Part shown: one piece after another, positions 8,471 through 16,864 of the stretch
How positions within the stretch are numbered: position 1 is the stretch's first letter
How the letters are laid out: each line of letters starts with the position of its first letter
Source: an uncultured bacterium
Lineage (GTDB): Bacteria > Krumholzibacteriota > Krumholzibacteriia > Krumholzibacteriales > Krumholzibacteriaceae
Assembly: GCA_965371515.1 (NCBI GenBank)
Contig: CBDUYR010000006.1
Span: forward strand, 1 to 64,000
Reading direction: 5' to 3'
Length of the DNA stretch: 64,000 nucleotides
The notes under the pieces: generated by a model
What the model saw: the letters and a program-made list of their open reading frames with translations, nothing else
What the model was told of the DNA's origin: nothing
Database searches by the model: none
Made by a program: the position numbers and the translations under genes

Positions 8471-10066
8471 ATGGATCGAAACGATTCTTCAGATCAGGGC
8501 AACGGGCTGCGCAGCGGCCCGGTAGACCTATCTACCTCAAAGGTTATCTCCGACACGTTCTTCGTCTCAGCCTCGAAGATAGCCATCACCCTGATCAAGC
8601 CGATCCGCAGTGTGATTCTCGGCAGGCTCCTCGGCCCGGCCCTCTACGGGCTGCTCAACATTCCTGTATCGTATGTCCAGCTCCTCGTGATCTTCTCGAA
8701 CATCGGCTTCAACACCGCGATTGTTAAGCTGATCCCCGAGTATCTGCAGAAGGGGCGCAAAGACATGGCCGCGATGATCTACAACGCGGCCGTATTCCTC
8801 ACCCTTACCCTCTCAACCTTATGGTGCATCCTGCTTATCGTGTTCGCCCCGTGGATCGCCGAAAACATCGCCCATCAGCCTGAAGCTGCCGGGCCGATAA
8901 GGATATACGCCCTGATCATCCCGTTCCTCGCCCTCAACGCCTTCTACGCGGTCGCGTACCTCGCAATCCAGCGCGGCAAGCTGCGGGCCGGCATCACGCT
9001 GGTACACGGCCTGCTCAACGTCGCCCTCCCGATTGCGGCAGTCCTCTGGCGCCGGGATGTCGTGGCGGTCATAGCTGGATTTCTCACCGCAGAAGTGATC
9101 GGCGCGCTGCTCTTTACAATCTACTTCCACCGGAAGGCGATCCGGCACTGGACATCCGGATCGGGCCCACTCGTTCAGGGGATCAGGGAGGTATCCGGAT
9201 TCGGATTCCTCTTCTTCTTCGCGAACCTCGGGTGGAACCTGATCAACACCGTCGACCGCATCATGGTCAAGTACTACCTCCCCGCCGAGCAGCTGGGATT
9301 CTACGCGATGGCGGCGATCGTTATAACAGCGCTGAGCATCATCTCCTCTACGGCGGGAACGGCGCTCATCCCCTCTCTCACAGCGACCCGCGTGTCCGGC
9401 GACATGAAGGCCTTCCGCAGGCAGATAAGAAGCACGGCGCGGATCGCCCTGATGGTTATCGCGCCTGTCGTCATGATGATCTGGTCGCTGGCCGGCGACA
9501 CGATCTCGATCGTGCTGCCGAAGTTTCTTCCATCCGCGGGCATTGTAAAGATCCTGGTCTTCATCGGGATCGCCGACATATTCTGCCGGACAGCCTGGGC
9601 CTCCCTCGCGGCATACGCCAAGGGCGGCCTGTCGGCGAGCGCCTACCTCTTTGCCGCTATACTTAACATAGTTTTGAATATGGTTCTCATTCCGCGGATG
9701 GGAATAACGGGCGCGGCTGTCGCGACCCTCGCCACCTTCATAGTCCTGGCGATTATACTGCAGACTATGATGTGGTCGATCTCGAGGACGAGGATATCGC
9801 CTCTCTCTTTGATCCACCCCGCTCTTCTCGCATCGGTCTATCCCCTGCTGTCGCTGGCAACCGGCTCCCTTCCCTCCTGGGCCCGTGTCGTAATAGTACT
9901 GGTCGTCGGGTCGGCCGCATACAAGCTCCTCGCCGCTCTCACAGGGCTCATCAGAAAAAGCGACCTCGAGACAGCCGCCGCAACGCTGCAGCAGCGAAGG
10001 CACGTGCCCCACGTCAGGCTCGCCCTGATAGGAATCTCCTTCCTCGACAGGATAACGAGGCGCTAG
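8471..10066 (+). CDS. MOP-family polysaccharide flippase (Wzx-like)
   Basis: About 14 hydrophobic segments; LGRLLGPALYG, DRIMVKYYLP..LGFYA, LIPRMGITGAAVAT. Confidence 0.85.
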   Translation: MDRNDSSDQGNGLRSGPVDLSTSKVISDTFFVSASKIAITLIKPIRSVILGRLLGPALYGLLNIPVSYVQLLVIFSNIGFNTAIVKLIPEYLQKGRKDMAAMIYNAAVFLTLTLSTLWCILLIVFAPWIAENIAHQPEAAGPIRIYALIIPFLALNAFYAVAYLAIQRGKLRAGITLVHGLLNVALPIAAVLWRRDVVAVIAGFLTAEVIGALLFTIYFHRKAIRHWTSGSGPLVQGIREVSGFGFLFFFANLGWNLINTVDRIMVKYYLPAEQLGFYAMAAIVITALSIISSTAGTALIPSLTATRVSGDMKAFRRQIRSTARIALMVIAPVVMMIWSLAGDTISIVLPKFLPSAGIVKILVFIGIADIFCRTAWASLAAYAKGGLSASAYLFAAILNIVLNMVLIPRMGITGAAVATLATFIVLAIILQTMMWSISRTRISPLSLIHPALLASVYPLLSLATGSLPSWARVVIVLVVGSAAYKLLAALTGLIRKSDLETAAATLQQRRHVPHVRLALIGISFLDRITRR

Positions 10067-10109
10067 AGCAGCGTGTCCCAGGAATAACTCGCATATATAG
10101 CATCTGATC

Positions 10110-10835
10110 TTATGGTTTTAATAGAATATAAAATACTGCCATGTGAAGGAATCCAAATCGCTTCTCAAGCATTTGATAGTTCATCTTGTGAATAAATTCT
10201 TCAGTGATGAACTTCTCTAGTCTTCTATAGTCAAAACCTAAATGTGGCCCATACCCTTGTTTCTGCGGATCTCTAAATATATCAATGCTTTTGTTAAACA
10301 TGAGATGCGAAAAATATTTAAACTTTGATTGGTTCTGGAAAAAATCCTCGTAAGGGTTTCGACGCACTAACTGTCTGCCTAAGAATTTCACTAGTCCAGG
10401 CATTCCTATCTCATTCGGAATACCAATTACCAATATCCCCCCGCTTGCCAAATGATTATTTAGGTTAATCAGTGCTTCCTTATATGAACCTACATGCTCC
10501 AGTGTTTCAAAGCATGTTACCAATTCAAATTCTTCTTTGGGCCGCTCAATATTATTAAGGTTGTACTTAATAAATTCTGTCGATGGAAGATTCTTCTCCC
10601 TGCCCAGATTTAACAATTCTTCCTTATGGTCATATCCAACGATTCTCGAGAAATCACAATTGCCACTCCGGATCATATATTCGATGATATATCCATTTGA
10701 ACAACCAAAATCCGCCCAGCTTGTCTTAGTAAATGCTCCGTGATGTAAAAGTATTCTTAGAATAGATTTTAATCTAGCCCTGTGGGAGAATGATACAAAT
10801 CCCCTTCCCTTATATGAGTTCTCATGGATAATCAT
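10110..10835 (-). CDS. Class I SAM-dependent methyltransferase (AT-rich)
   Basis: DFGCSNG motif I, CFETLEHV, LASGGILVIGIPN. Confidence 0.85.
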   Translation of the reverse strand: MIIHENSYKGRGFVSFSHRARLKSILRILLHHGAFTKTSWADFGCSNGYIIEYMIRSGNCDFSRIVGYDHKEELLNLGREKNLPSTEFIKYNLNNIERPKEEFELVTCFETLEHVGSYKEALINLNNHLASGGILVIGIPNEIGMPGLVKFLGRQLVRRNPYEDFFQNQSKFKYFSHLMFNKSIDIFRDPQKQGYGPHLGFDYRRLEKFITEEFIHKMNYQMLEKRFGFLHMAVFYILLKP

Positions 10836-10994
10836 CGGCTGCCAGTTTCCTGTAGAATAGAAGCTTTGTCAAGGCGGGTGACATTTCAGCTTCTCTCTCA
10901 AGAGTTCAGAAGGGGTTTTCCCCTTCCTTCAGTGGATGACCATTTAAACGCCTTAAAGGCACATTACTTCGATCTATCCGAAACACCCCATTTT

Positions 10995-11099
10995 CGTAAA
11001 TTTCTGTTTACATTCAGGTAACCTATCGTTTACATAATAACCATCAATTTATAAAGATGTTACGGGGATTCGCAAAATGTACGTAAAGAAACGTTTACA
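10995..11099. promoter_or_regulatory. Three copies of imperfect palindrome SGTAAM-N6-TTTACA (candidate enhancer-binding-protein sites)
   Basis: CGTAAATTTCTGTTTACA (10995-11012), GGTAACCTATCGTTTACA (11017-11034), CGTAAAGAAACGTTTACA (11082-11099). Confidence 0.6.
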
Positions 11100-11217
11100 T
11101 TTCTCATTTTCCGTTTCGCTCGAATCGTGCTGTTCGGCGAAAAATATAAATTTTTATCTCCTTATAATACAATAAGTTAAAACTTTTAAGGGAACGATGA
11201 GGAACAATAGGGAATTA

Positions 11218-11233
11218 TGGCACGTCACTGGCT
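11218..11233 (+). promoter_or_regulatory. sigma54 (-24/-12) promoter
   Basis: TGGCACGTCACTGGCT, one mismatch from TGGCACG-N4-TTGCW, exact GG-N10-GC spacing. Confidence 0.75.
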
Positions 11234-11305
11234 ACTACAAGTAAGCGTGAGCAAGAACAATAAATACGAAGAAAGTTTTGGGAGTCTGAACGAAAGGGGT
11301 TGAAA

Positions 11306-11386
11306 ATGCTGCACTTCACAAGCATCGCGATGATCATAGCCCTTATGATCGCTGGCAAAAGTGTCTGGGGCAAGAGCGTCTGGTAA
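11306..11386 (+). CDS. Unannotated 26-aa peptide MLHFTSIAMIIALMIAGKSVWGKSVW
   Basis: SD AAGGGGT just upstream; hydrophobic N-half; GKSVW twice, with only synonymous differences (GGC AAA AGT GTC TGG / GGC AAG AGC GTC TGG); flanked by sigma54 promoter and terminator. Confidence 0.8.
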   Translation: MLHFTSIAMIIALMIAGKSVWGKSVW

Positions 11387-11402
11387 ATCCCGGAGACTCC
11401 AC

Positions 11403-11435
11403 AAGGCGGGGCACGAAAGTGTCCCGCCTTTTTTT
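11403..11435 (+). terminator. Rho-independent terminator
   Basis: AAGGCGGGGCAC-GAAA-GTGTCCCGCCTT followed by a T run. Confidence 0.9.
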
Positions 11436-11507
11436 ATACCCTCCCCGATGAAAATCTGCGTATATTCGTCCCCCGGGCATCGTTGACCACAAGAAAGGAT
11501 CGATAGA

Positions 11508-12413
11508 GTGAACAGGCTGCAGGCATACCTCATCGAGCTGAGGGCCCCGTTCCTCACAGTCAGCATCCTCCCCGTCATACTCGCCACGGCGATAGCGCGC
11601 TGCGATACGGGAATCTGGGATCCCCTTCTTTTCTGGCTGACGCTAGCCGGTGCTGTGCTCCTGCACCTCGGCTCCAATACGATAAACGACTGGTTCGATC
11701 ACAGGTCGGGCAACGACGAGGTCAATGTCGAGTTCGTCAGCCCCTTCACAGGCGGAAGCAGGATGATCCAGGCGGGATTCGTAACGCCTCGCGGGGTCCT
11801 CACTCTCTCGATAGCCCTGTTCACCCTGGCAACGCTTATCGGGATATATCTCTACACCGTCAGGGGACCGGCGATCATCCTCTTCGGGATCACCGGCCTC
11901 GTTCTCGGGATCCTCTATACCGCGCCGCGGGCGATGCTCGCCGGCCGGGGCCTGGGCGAGATCGTGATCTTCCTCGCATTCGGACTGATAGCCGTCGGAG
12001 CGTACTACGTACAGACCGGATACATATCGCGCCATATACTTGTCGCGCCGCTGCCGCTTGCTGTCTTCACAACGGCGATCATCATCGTCAACGAATTCCA
12101 GGACGCAACCGCAGACGGAATGACGGGCAAGAACACACTGATCGTTAGACTCGGTCGAAAGAGAGGCGTAGTCCTCTACGCGACAGTCATGCTGTCGGCG
12201 TACATCCCGATACTCGCCGGTGCCGCCGCCGGCCTGATGCCGCGCTGGACCTTCCTGGGCCTCGCCACACTCCCCGTGGCGCTCAAGGCGATCCAAGTCG
12301 CAGCGAAGAAGCACGACGACCCGCGCGCGATGACGCCGGCGAACGCCTCTACGATCATCGCACATCTGGCCACAGGAATTCTGCTGACGCTGGTCTATAT
12401 TCTGTCGGGATAA
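11508..12413 (+). CDS. menA: UbiA-family prenyltransferase, 1,4-dihydroxy-2-naphthoate octaprenyltransferase-like
   Basis: ELRAPFL, NDWFDHRSGND, YTAP...GLGE, NEFQD...D...GKNTLIVRLG; multi-TM. Confidence 0.8.
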   Translation: MNRLQAYLIELRAPFLTVSILPVILATAIARCDTGIWDPLLFWLTLAGAVLLHLGSNTINDWFDHRSGNDEVNVEFVSPFTGGSRMIQAGFVTPRGVLTLSIALFTLATLIGIYLYTVRGPAIILFGITGLVLGILYTAPRAMLAGRGLGEIVIFLAFGLIAVGAYYVQTGYISRHILVAPLPLAVFTTAIIIVNEFQDATADGMTGKNTLIVRLGRKRGVVLYATVMLSAYIPILAGAAAGLMPRWTFLGLATLPVALKAIQVAAKKHDDPRAMTPANASTIIAHLATGILLTLVYILSG

Positions 12414-12438
12414 CCCAGCTCCTGCAGGCCGCTCATAC

Positions 12439-13122
12439 TCACTGCCCGAAATCGACGCCCTCGAGCAGCTTCGATATCCCCTCTGTCACTTCCTCGACCG
12501 AATCGACAAGCTTGACGATCTTCAGGTCCTCTGGCAGGATCTTGTCCTCTGCGAGCATCTTGTTGTTGATCCAGTCACCAAGCCCGCCGTAGTAGTCCTT
12601 TCCCACAAGATAGACGGGGAAAGGCGCGATTTTGTGCGTCTGGATCAGCGTGAGCGCTTCGAAGAACTCGTCCATCGTGCCGAATCCGCCCGGCATGATA
12701 ACAAACGCAATCGAGTGCTTCATGAACATCACCTTGCGCACAAAGAAGTAGCGGAAGGTGATCAGCCTGTCGATGTAGGAATTGGGCTCCTGCTCGAAGG
12801 GCAGGTCGATGTTCAATCCAACCGAGAGCCCCCCTCCTTCCTGCGCACCGCGGTTGGCCGCTTCCATAACGCCGGGGCCTCCGCCTGTGATGATAGAGCA
12901 ACCTCTCGACGAGAGGGCCTTGGCGATATTCCTCGCGTCCGTATACGCCTTGTCGCTCTCCTTCGCCCTCGCGGAGCCGTAGATGCTCACTCCCGGCGAA
13001 ACATCGGCCATGTTGTCGACTCCGTCGACGAATTCGGAGAGGATCCTGAAGAGCCTCCAGCTCTCCTGGGTGGTGAAATCGTCTATGAGGTATCTCGTGC
13101 TCTGGTCCTTCTTCGTCCCCAT
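12439..13122 (-). CDS. LOG family (TIGR00730) Rossmann-fold nucleotide-binding protein
   Basis: ESWRLFRI, GSAR, TGGGPGVMEAANRGA, FRYFFVRK, PGGFGTMDE. Confidence 0.92.
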   Translation of the reverse strand: MGTKKDQSTRYLIDDFTTQESWRLFRILSEFVDGVDNMADVSPGVSIYGSARAKESDKAYTDARNIAKALSSRGCSIITGGGPGVMEAANRGAQEGGGLSVGLNIDLPFEQEPNSYIDRLITFRYFFVRKVMFMKHSIAFVIMPGGFGTMDEFFEALTLIQTHKIAPFPVYLVGKDYYGGLGDWINNKMLAEDKILPEDLKIVKLVDSVEEVTEGISKLLEGVDFGQ

Positions 13123-13303
13123 CGCGTCTACCGTCCTTCTTGTATGTCCGGTGGGATTTCTACTATCTGCCTGCAGGTTAAGACAGGATCCCCCTGATGT
13201 TCAAGGATAAACGGGGAAAACCCTGTTATCTCTACCAATTTTCCGCCGGATGAGATATCCTTATGTCAGGTCCTTTGCACCATTCTCGAGATCCGGAACT
13301 GCC

Positions 13304-14260
13304 ATGATAGCCCTTCACTTCGAAAACGGACATCTCGTCGAGAAGGAAACGGACAAGCCTGAGGTCCGCCGGGGAGAGGCCCTCGTGAAGATCCGCTATG
13401 CAGGGATATGCTCGACCGACCTCGAGATCCTCAAGGGGTACATGGACTTCAGCGGTATCCCGGGCCACGAGTTCATCGGGACTGTCGAGACACCCCGCAG
13501 CCTCACGGGCAGGAGGGTCACCGGCGAGATAAACGTCAGCTGCGGCAAATGCCCGATGTGCAGACGAGGACTTGGCAAGCACTGCAGGGAAAGGACCGTC
13601 CTCGGCATTGCGGGCCGGGACGGCGCCTTCGCCGAATACATCACCCTTCCCATGTCAAATCTCCATGTCGTTCCCGACAGCGTCAACGACGAGGAAGCAG
13701 CGTTTACCGAACTCCTCGCTGCAGCTTGCGAGATACCCGAACGGGTATATATCAGTCAGTCGTGCCGGGTAGCGATCCTCGGAGACGGAAGGCTCGCCGC
13801 CATGGTCGCCCAGGTGTTGAGGCTGAAGACGAGGGGACTCATTGTCCTGGGTGTCGAACCGGAGAAGATGCGCGTGATCGCCGGCCTCGGAATCGACACG
13901 GCAAATGCGGCGACTATCCCCAAGATGAAGGGGACCTTCGACGTCGTCGTAGAGTGTACGGGAAGCAGGGTGGGACTGCCCGACGCCGCCGACCTGGTCA
14001 GGCCGCACGGAACGATCGTCCTGAAATCGACCTTCCACGCTCCGCTTAAATGGAACCCGTCGAGGATCGCCGTCGACGAAATAACGGTCGTAGGCTCGAG
14101 ATGCGGACCGTTCGAGACTGCACTCGGTCTGCTGGAGAAGAAGAAGGTCGTGACCGCGCCGTTCCTGACGGCGATCTACCCATTCGAGAAATGGGAGACG
14201 GCATTCCGGCGCGCGAGACGGAAGGACAGCTTCAAGATCCTGCTCGATATGCAGGCCTGA
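13304..14260 (+). CDS. Zn-dependent alcohol dehydrogenase (MDR family)
   Basis: GICSTD, PGHEF, CGKCPMC...HC structural Zn site, GDGRLA; start taken at the MIALHF ATG. Confidence 0.88.
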   Translation: MIALHFENGHLVEKETDKPEVRRGEALVKIRYAGICSTDLEILKGYMDFSGIPGHEFIGTVETPRSLTGRRVTGEINVSCGKCPMCRRGLGKHCRERTVLGIAGRDGAFAEYITLPMSNLHVVPDSVNDEEAAFTELLAAACEIPERVYISQSCRVAILGDGRLAAMVAQVLRLKTRGLIVLGVEPEKMRVIAGLGIDTANAATIPKMKGTFDVVVECTGSRVGLPDAADLVRPHGTIVLKSTFHAPLKWNPSRIAVDEITVVGSRCGPFETALGLLEKKKVVTAPFLTAIYPFEKWETAFRRARRKDSFKILLDMQA

Positions 14261-14308
14261 CAGAGAATTTCACTTTCCTCGGCGCTCTCCACGATATATA
14301 ACTGGAAC

Positions 14309-15043
14309 ATGCTGTTCTTACCTCTGAAAGATATCAATCCCACGCGCAGGAGACCCGTCATCACGTGGACGCTGATCGCGATGAACATCCTCGTCTTCTT
14401 TTATCAGTTGTGGCACGGCAACAGCGGCGCCAGTCTAGTCGCCTCTCTCGGCGCTACGCCTTTCGAGATAACGAGGATGACCGACCTCACAGGTCCGATA
14501 GCGGGTATCCTCCACGCACCGGGACCGAAGCCGATCTTCATGACCCTCTTCACCTCGATGTTCCTGCACGGCGGTTTCCTCCACATCGGCTCCAACATGC
14601 TCTACCTCTGGATCTTCGGCAACAACATAGAGGACGTCCTCGGTCCGATGAAGTTCATCGTATTCTACTTTGCCTCAGGGCTGATAGCCCACGCGATGCA
14701 CATCGCCGCCGATTCCGGTTCGATTATCCCGACGATAGGGGCGAGCGGGGCTATATCGGGCGTCATGGGGGCCTACCTGGTCCTCTATCCGCAGGCGAGG
14801 ATCATGACCCTGCTGTGGATATTCATATTCATTCAGTTCCTCTACATCCCCGCCTTCGTGATAATCATCTACTGGTTCGTCATCCAGCTTGTAAGAGGAT
14901 TCGTGTCCCTCGGCGGTCAGTTCGGCGGAGGAGTGGCCTGGTTCGCGCACATAGGCGGTTTTCTCGGAGGGGTGTTCCTCATATTCCTGATGGCCGGCGG
15001 CCGTATCTACTGGCTGCGCAGAGGTGGCAGCAACAGGTACTAG
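14309..15043 (+). CDS. Rhomboid family intramembrane serine protease
   Basis: SMFLHGGFLHIGSNMLYLWIFGNNIED, GASGAI, AHIGGF. Confidence 0.95.
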   Translation: MLFLPLKDINPTRRRPVITWTLIAMNILVFFYQLWHGNSGASLVASLGATPFEITRMTDLTGPIAGILHAPGPKPIFMTLFTSMFLHGGFLHIGSNMLYLWIFGNNIEDVLGPMKFIVFYFASGLIAHAMHIAADSGSIIPTIGASGAISGVMGAYLVLYPQARIMTLLWIFIFIQFLYIPAFVIIIYWFVIQLVRGFVSLGGQFGGGVAWFAHIGGFLGGVFLIFLMAGGRIYWLRRGGSNRY

Positions 15044-15053
15044 GCAGACTGAA

Positions 15054-16076
15054 ATGATCCCCGTGTTTACAAGACTCATCATAGACAAGCGGGCTCTCGA
15101 CGATCCCCTGACATGCAGGATCAGGAGCGTCCTCGGCGACATAGAGGAGATCGTGACCGGCGATACAGGCGATCATCCCGGCGCGGGGTCTCTCGTCCTG
15201 AAATTCCACGAGGGCCGCTTCGTCAAGGACTTCCCCGTCACGCCCGGCGCTCCCCCGTGCGGAGAGAAGTATATAGCCGCTCTGCAGGGATGCCTCTACG
15301 ACTGCTCGTACTGCTATCTCAGGTCGTACCTCTCCCACAGCACCATCACCCTGCTGGTAAACAGCGGGAAGATGGAGAGCGATATCAGGGAAGCTCTGGA
15401 TGCGGGAACGGTCCGTCTGACGACCGGCGAGCTGAGCGACAGCCTCGCGCTCGACCACATCACCGGGCTGACCTCCTCGATCCTCCCGCTGCTCGAGGGA
15501 ACATCGGCTGTGATCGAAGCGAGGACAAAGAGCGCCAACGTCGATCACCTCCCCGGATTGAATGGAAGCGATGCAGAGCTTGCCCGGAAGCATCTGCTCG
15601 TCACGTGGACGATCTCTCCTATGGAAGCGATGAAGTCCGAGGAGCCTGGAGCCGCCACGCTCGACGAACGTCTCGGGGCGATTTCGAAGGTAACGTCGGC
15701 AGGCATCGGGTTCGCCCTGCGGCTCGACCCGATAATCCCGTTCTACTGGGATGCAGGTTCGTATCGTGAGCTGCTGCAGCGGGTGAAGGATGAAGCGGGA
15801 GATGCGCCGCGAAGAATAGAGATGGGCCTGCTCCGCTTCCCTCCCGGCTTGATCGAGAGCGTCAGGAAGGTCTTGCCGTACAGTCCGATCCTCCAGGGGG
15901 AGTACGTTCGCGATCGCGAGGGAAAGATGAGACTCTACCGTCCGATGAGGGTGGGAATATACCGCGAGGCGGCCGGCATGATCGGGGAGTTATTCCCCGA
16001 TACGGAGATCGAGCTGAGCCAGGAGGACCGGACCGTGTGGGAGGACGCAGACCTCGAACCGCCCGTCGTATGCTGA
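15054..16076 (+). CDS. Spore photoproduct lyase-like radical SAM protein
   Basis: GCLYDCSYCYL, TGELSDSLALD, RTKS, EEPGAATLDERL, GKMRLY. Confidence 0.8.
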   Translation: MIPVFTRLIIDKRALDDPLTCRIRSVLGDIEEIVTGDTGDHPGAGSLVLKFHEGRFVKDFPVTPGAPPCGEKYIAALQGCLYDCSYCYLRSYLSHSTITLLVNSGKMESDIREALDAGTVRLTTGELSDSLALDHITGLTSSILPLLEGTSAVIEARTKSANVDHLPGLNGSDAELARKHLLVTWTISPMEAMKSEEPGAATLDERLGAISKVTSAGIGFALRLDPIIPFYWDAGSYRELLQRVKDEAGDAPRRIEMGLLRFPPGLIESVRKVLPYSPILQGEYVRDREGKMRLYRPMRVGIYREAAGMIGELFPDTEIELSQEDRTVWEDADLEPPVVC

Positions 16077-16083
16077 CCGCTGG

Positions 16084-16740
16084 TCACTTCTCTACAGGAG
16101 ACGGCATCCCGTCTAATCCCAGCGTCTTCCCGTCGAGATGGGAGACGTCCCCGAGCAATCTCAGGCGCGGCCTGAAATCTATCATCACCGTTGTCAGAGA
16201 GGTGTTCGGCAGGGAGAACGACCAGATGTCGTCGGGGGACATGCCGAGGATATGCGTCAGCCAGGCGCATATGATCCCGCCGTGCGAGACGATGAGTATG
16301 TCGCCCTTGGAAGAGTCGATGATCCCGTCTACCGTACGGCTGGCCCTCTCGTGGAATTCCATGAAAGGTTCGGCGCCCTCGATGGCGACCTTGGACGGGC
16401 CGCTGAACCACAGCTCGAGCTCCCCTGGGTATCTCTCCTTGACCTCGCTGACCAACAGCCCCTCCCACTCACCAAACGAGATCTCCCGCAGTTCGTCCAT
16501 GAACTCTATCGAGCGATCGTCGCCGAGGGCGATTCGAGCCGTCTCGACGGCGCGCTCCGCGCTGCTGCAGTATATCCGCGAGAATTCCATCGAGCGCAGC
16601 CGTTCACCAAGCAGCCCTGCCTGGGCTCTTCCCAGCTCGCTCAGGTGGACATCTCCGTGGTTTCCCTGTACCCTGCGAACGCTGTTCCAGGTCGATTCGC
16701 CGTGCCTTACGAGGTCAATTCTCCTGATACTGTCGCTCAT
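16084..16740 (-). CDS. Histidine phosphatase family protein
   Basis: LVRHGES, LREISFGEWEG, VSHGG. Confidence 0.93.
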   Translation of the reverse strand: MSDSIRRIDLVRHGESTWNSVRRVQGNHGDVHLSELGRAQAGLLGERLRSMEFSRIYCSSAERAVETARIALGDDRSIEFMDELREISFGEWEGLLVSEVKERYPGELELWFSGPSKVAIEGAEPFMEFHERASRTVDGIIDSSKGDILIVSHGGIICAWLTHILGMSPDDIWSFSLPNTSLTTVMIDFRPRLRLLGDVSHLDGKTLGLDGMPSPVEK

Positions 16741-16864
16741 GCTCCTCCTCTTTGTGAGAGACTGAATCTACCAGACGGAGCGATTTATCTCAAGATGCCT
16801 TGCGGTAACCGGAACTTTTTCTTACTCTTTACCTACCTGATATATACCGTTTCATGACAGGATC

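Noticed and set aside
11240..11435. Riboswitch or T-box leader for menA
   Set aside because: No recognisable aptamer or T-box consensus; a coding micro-ORF explains the region better
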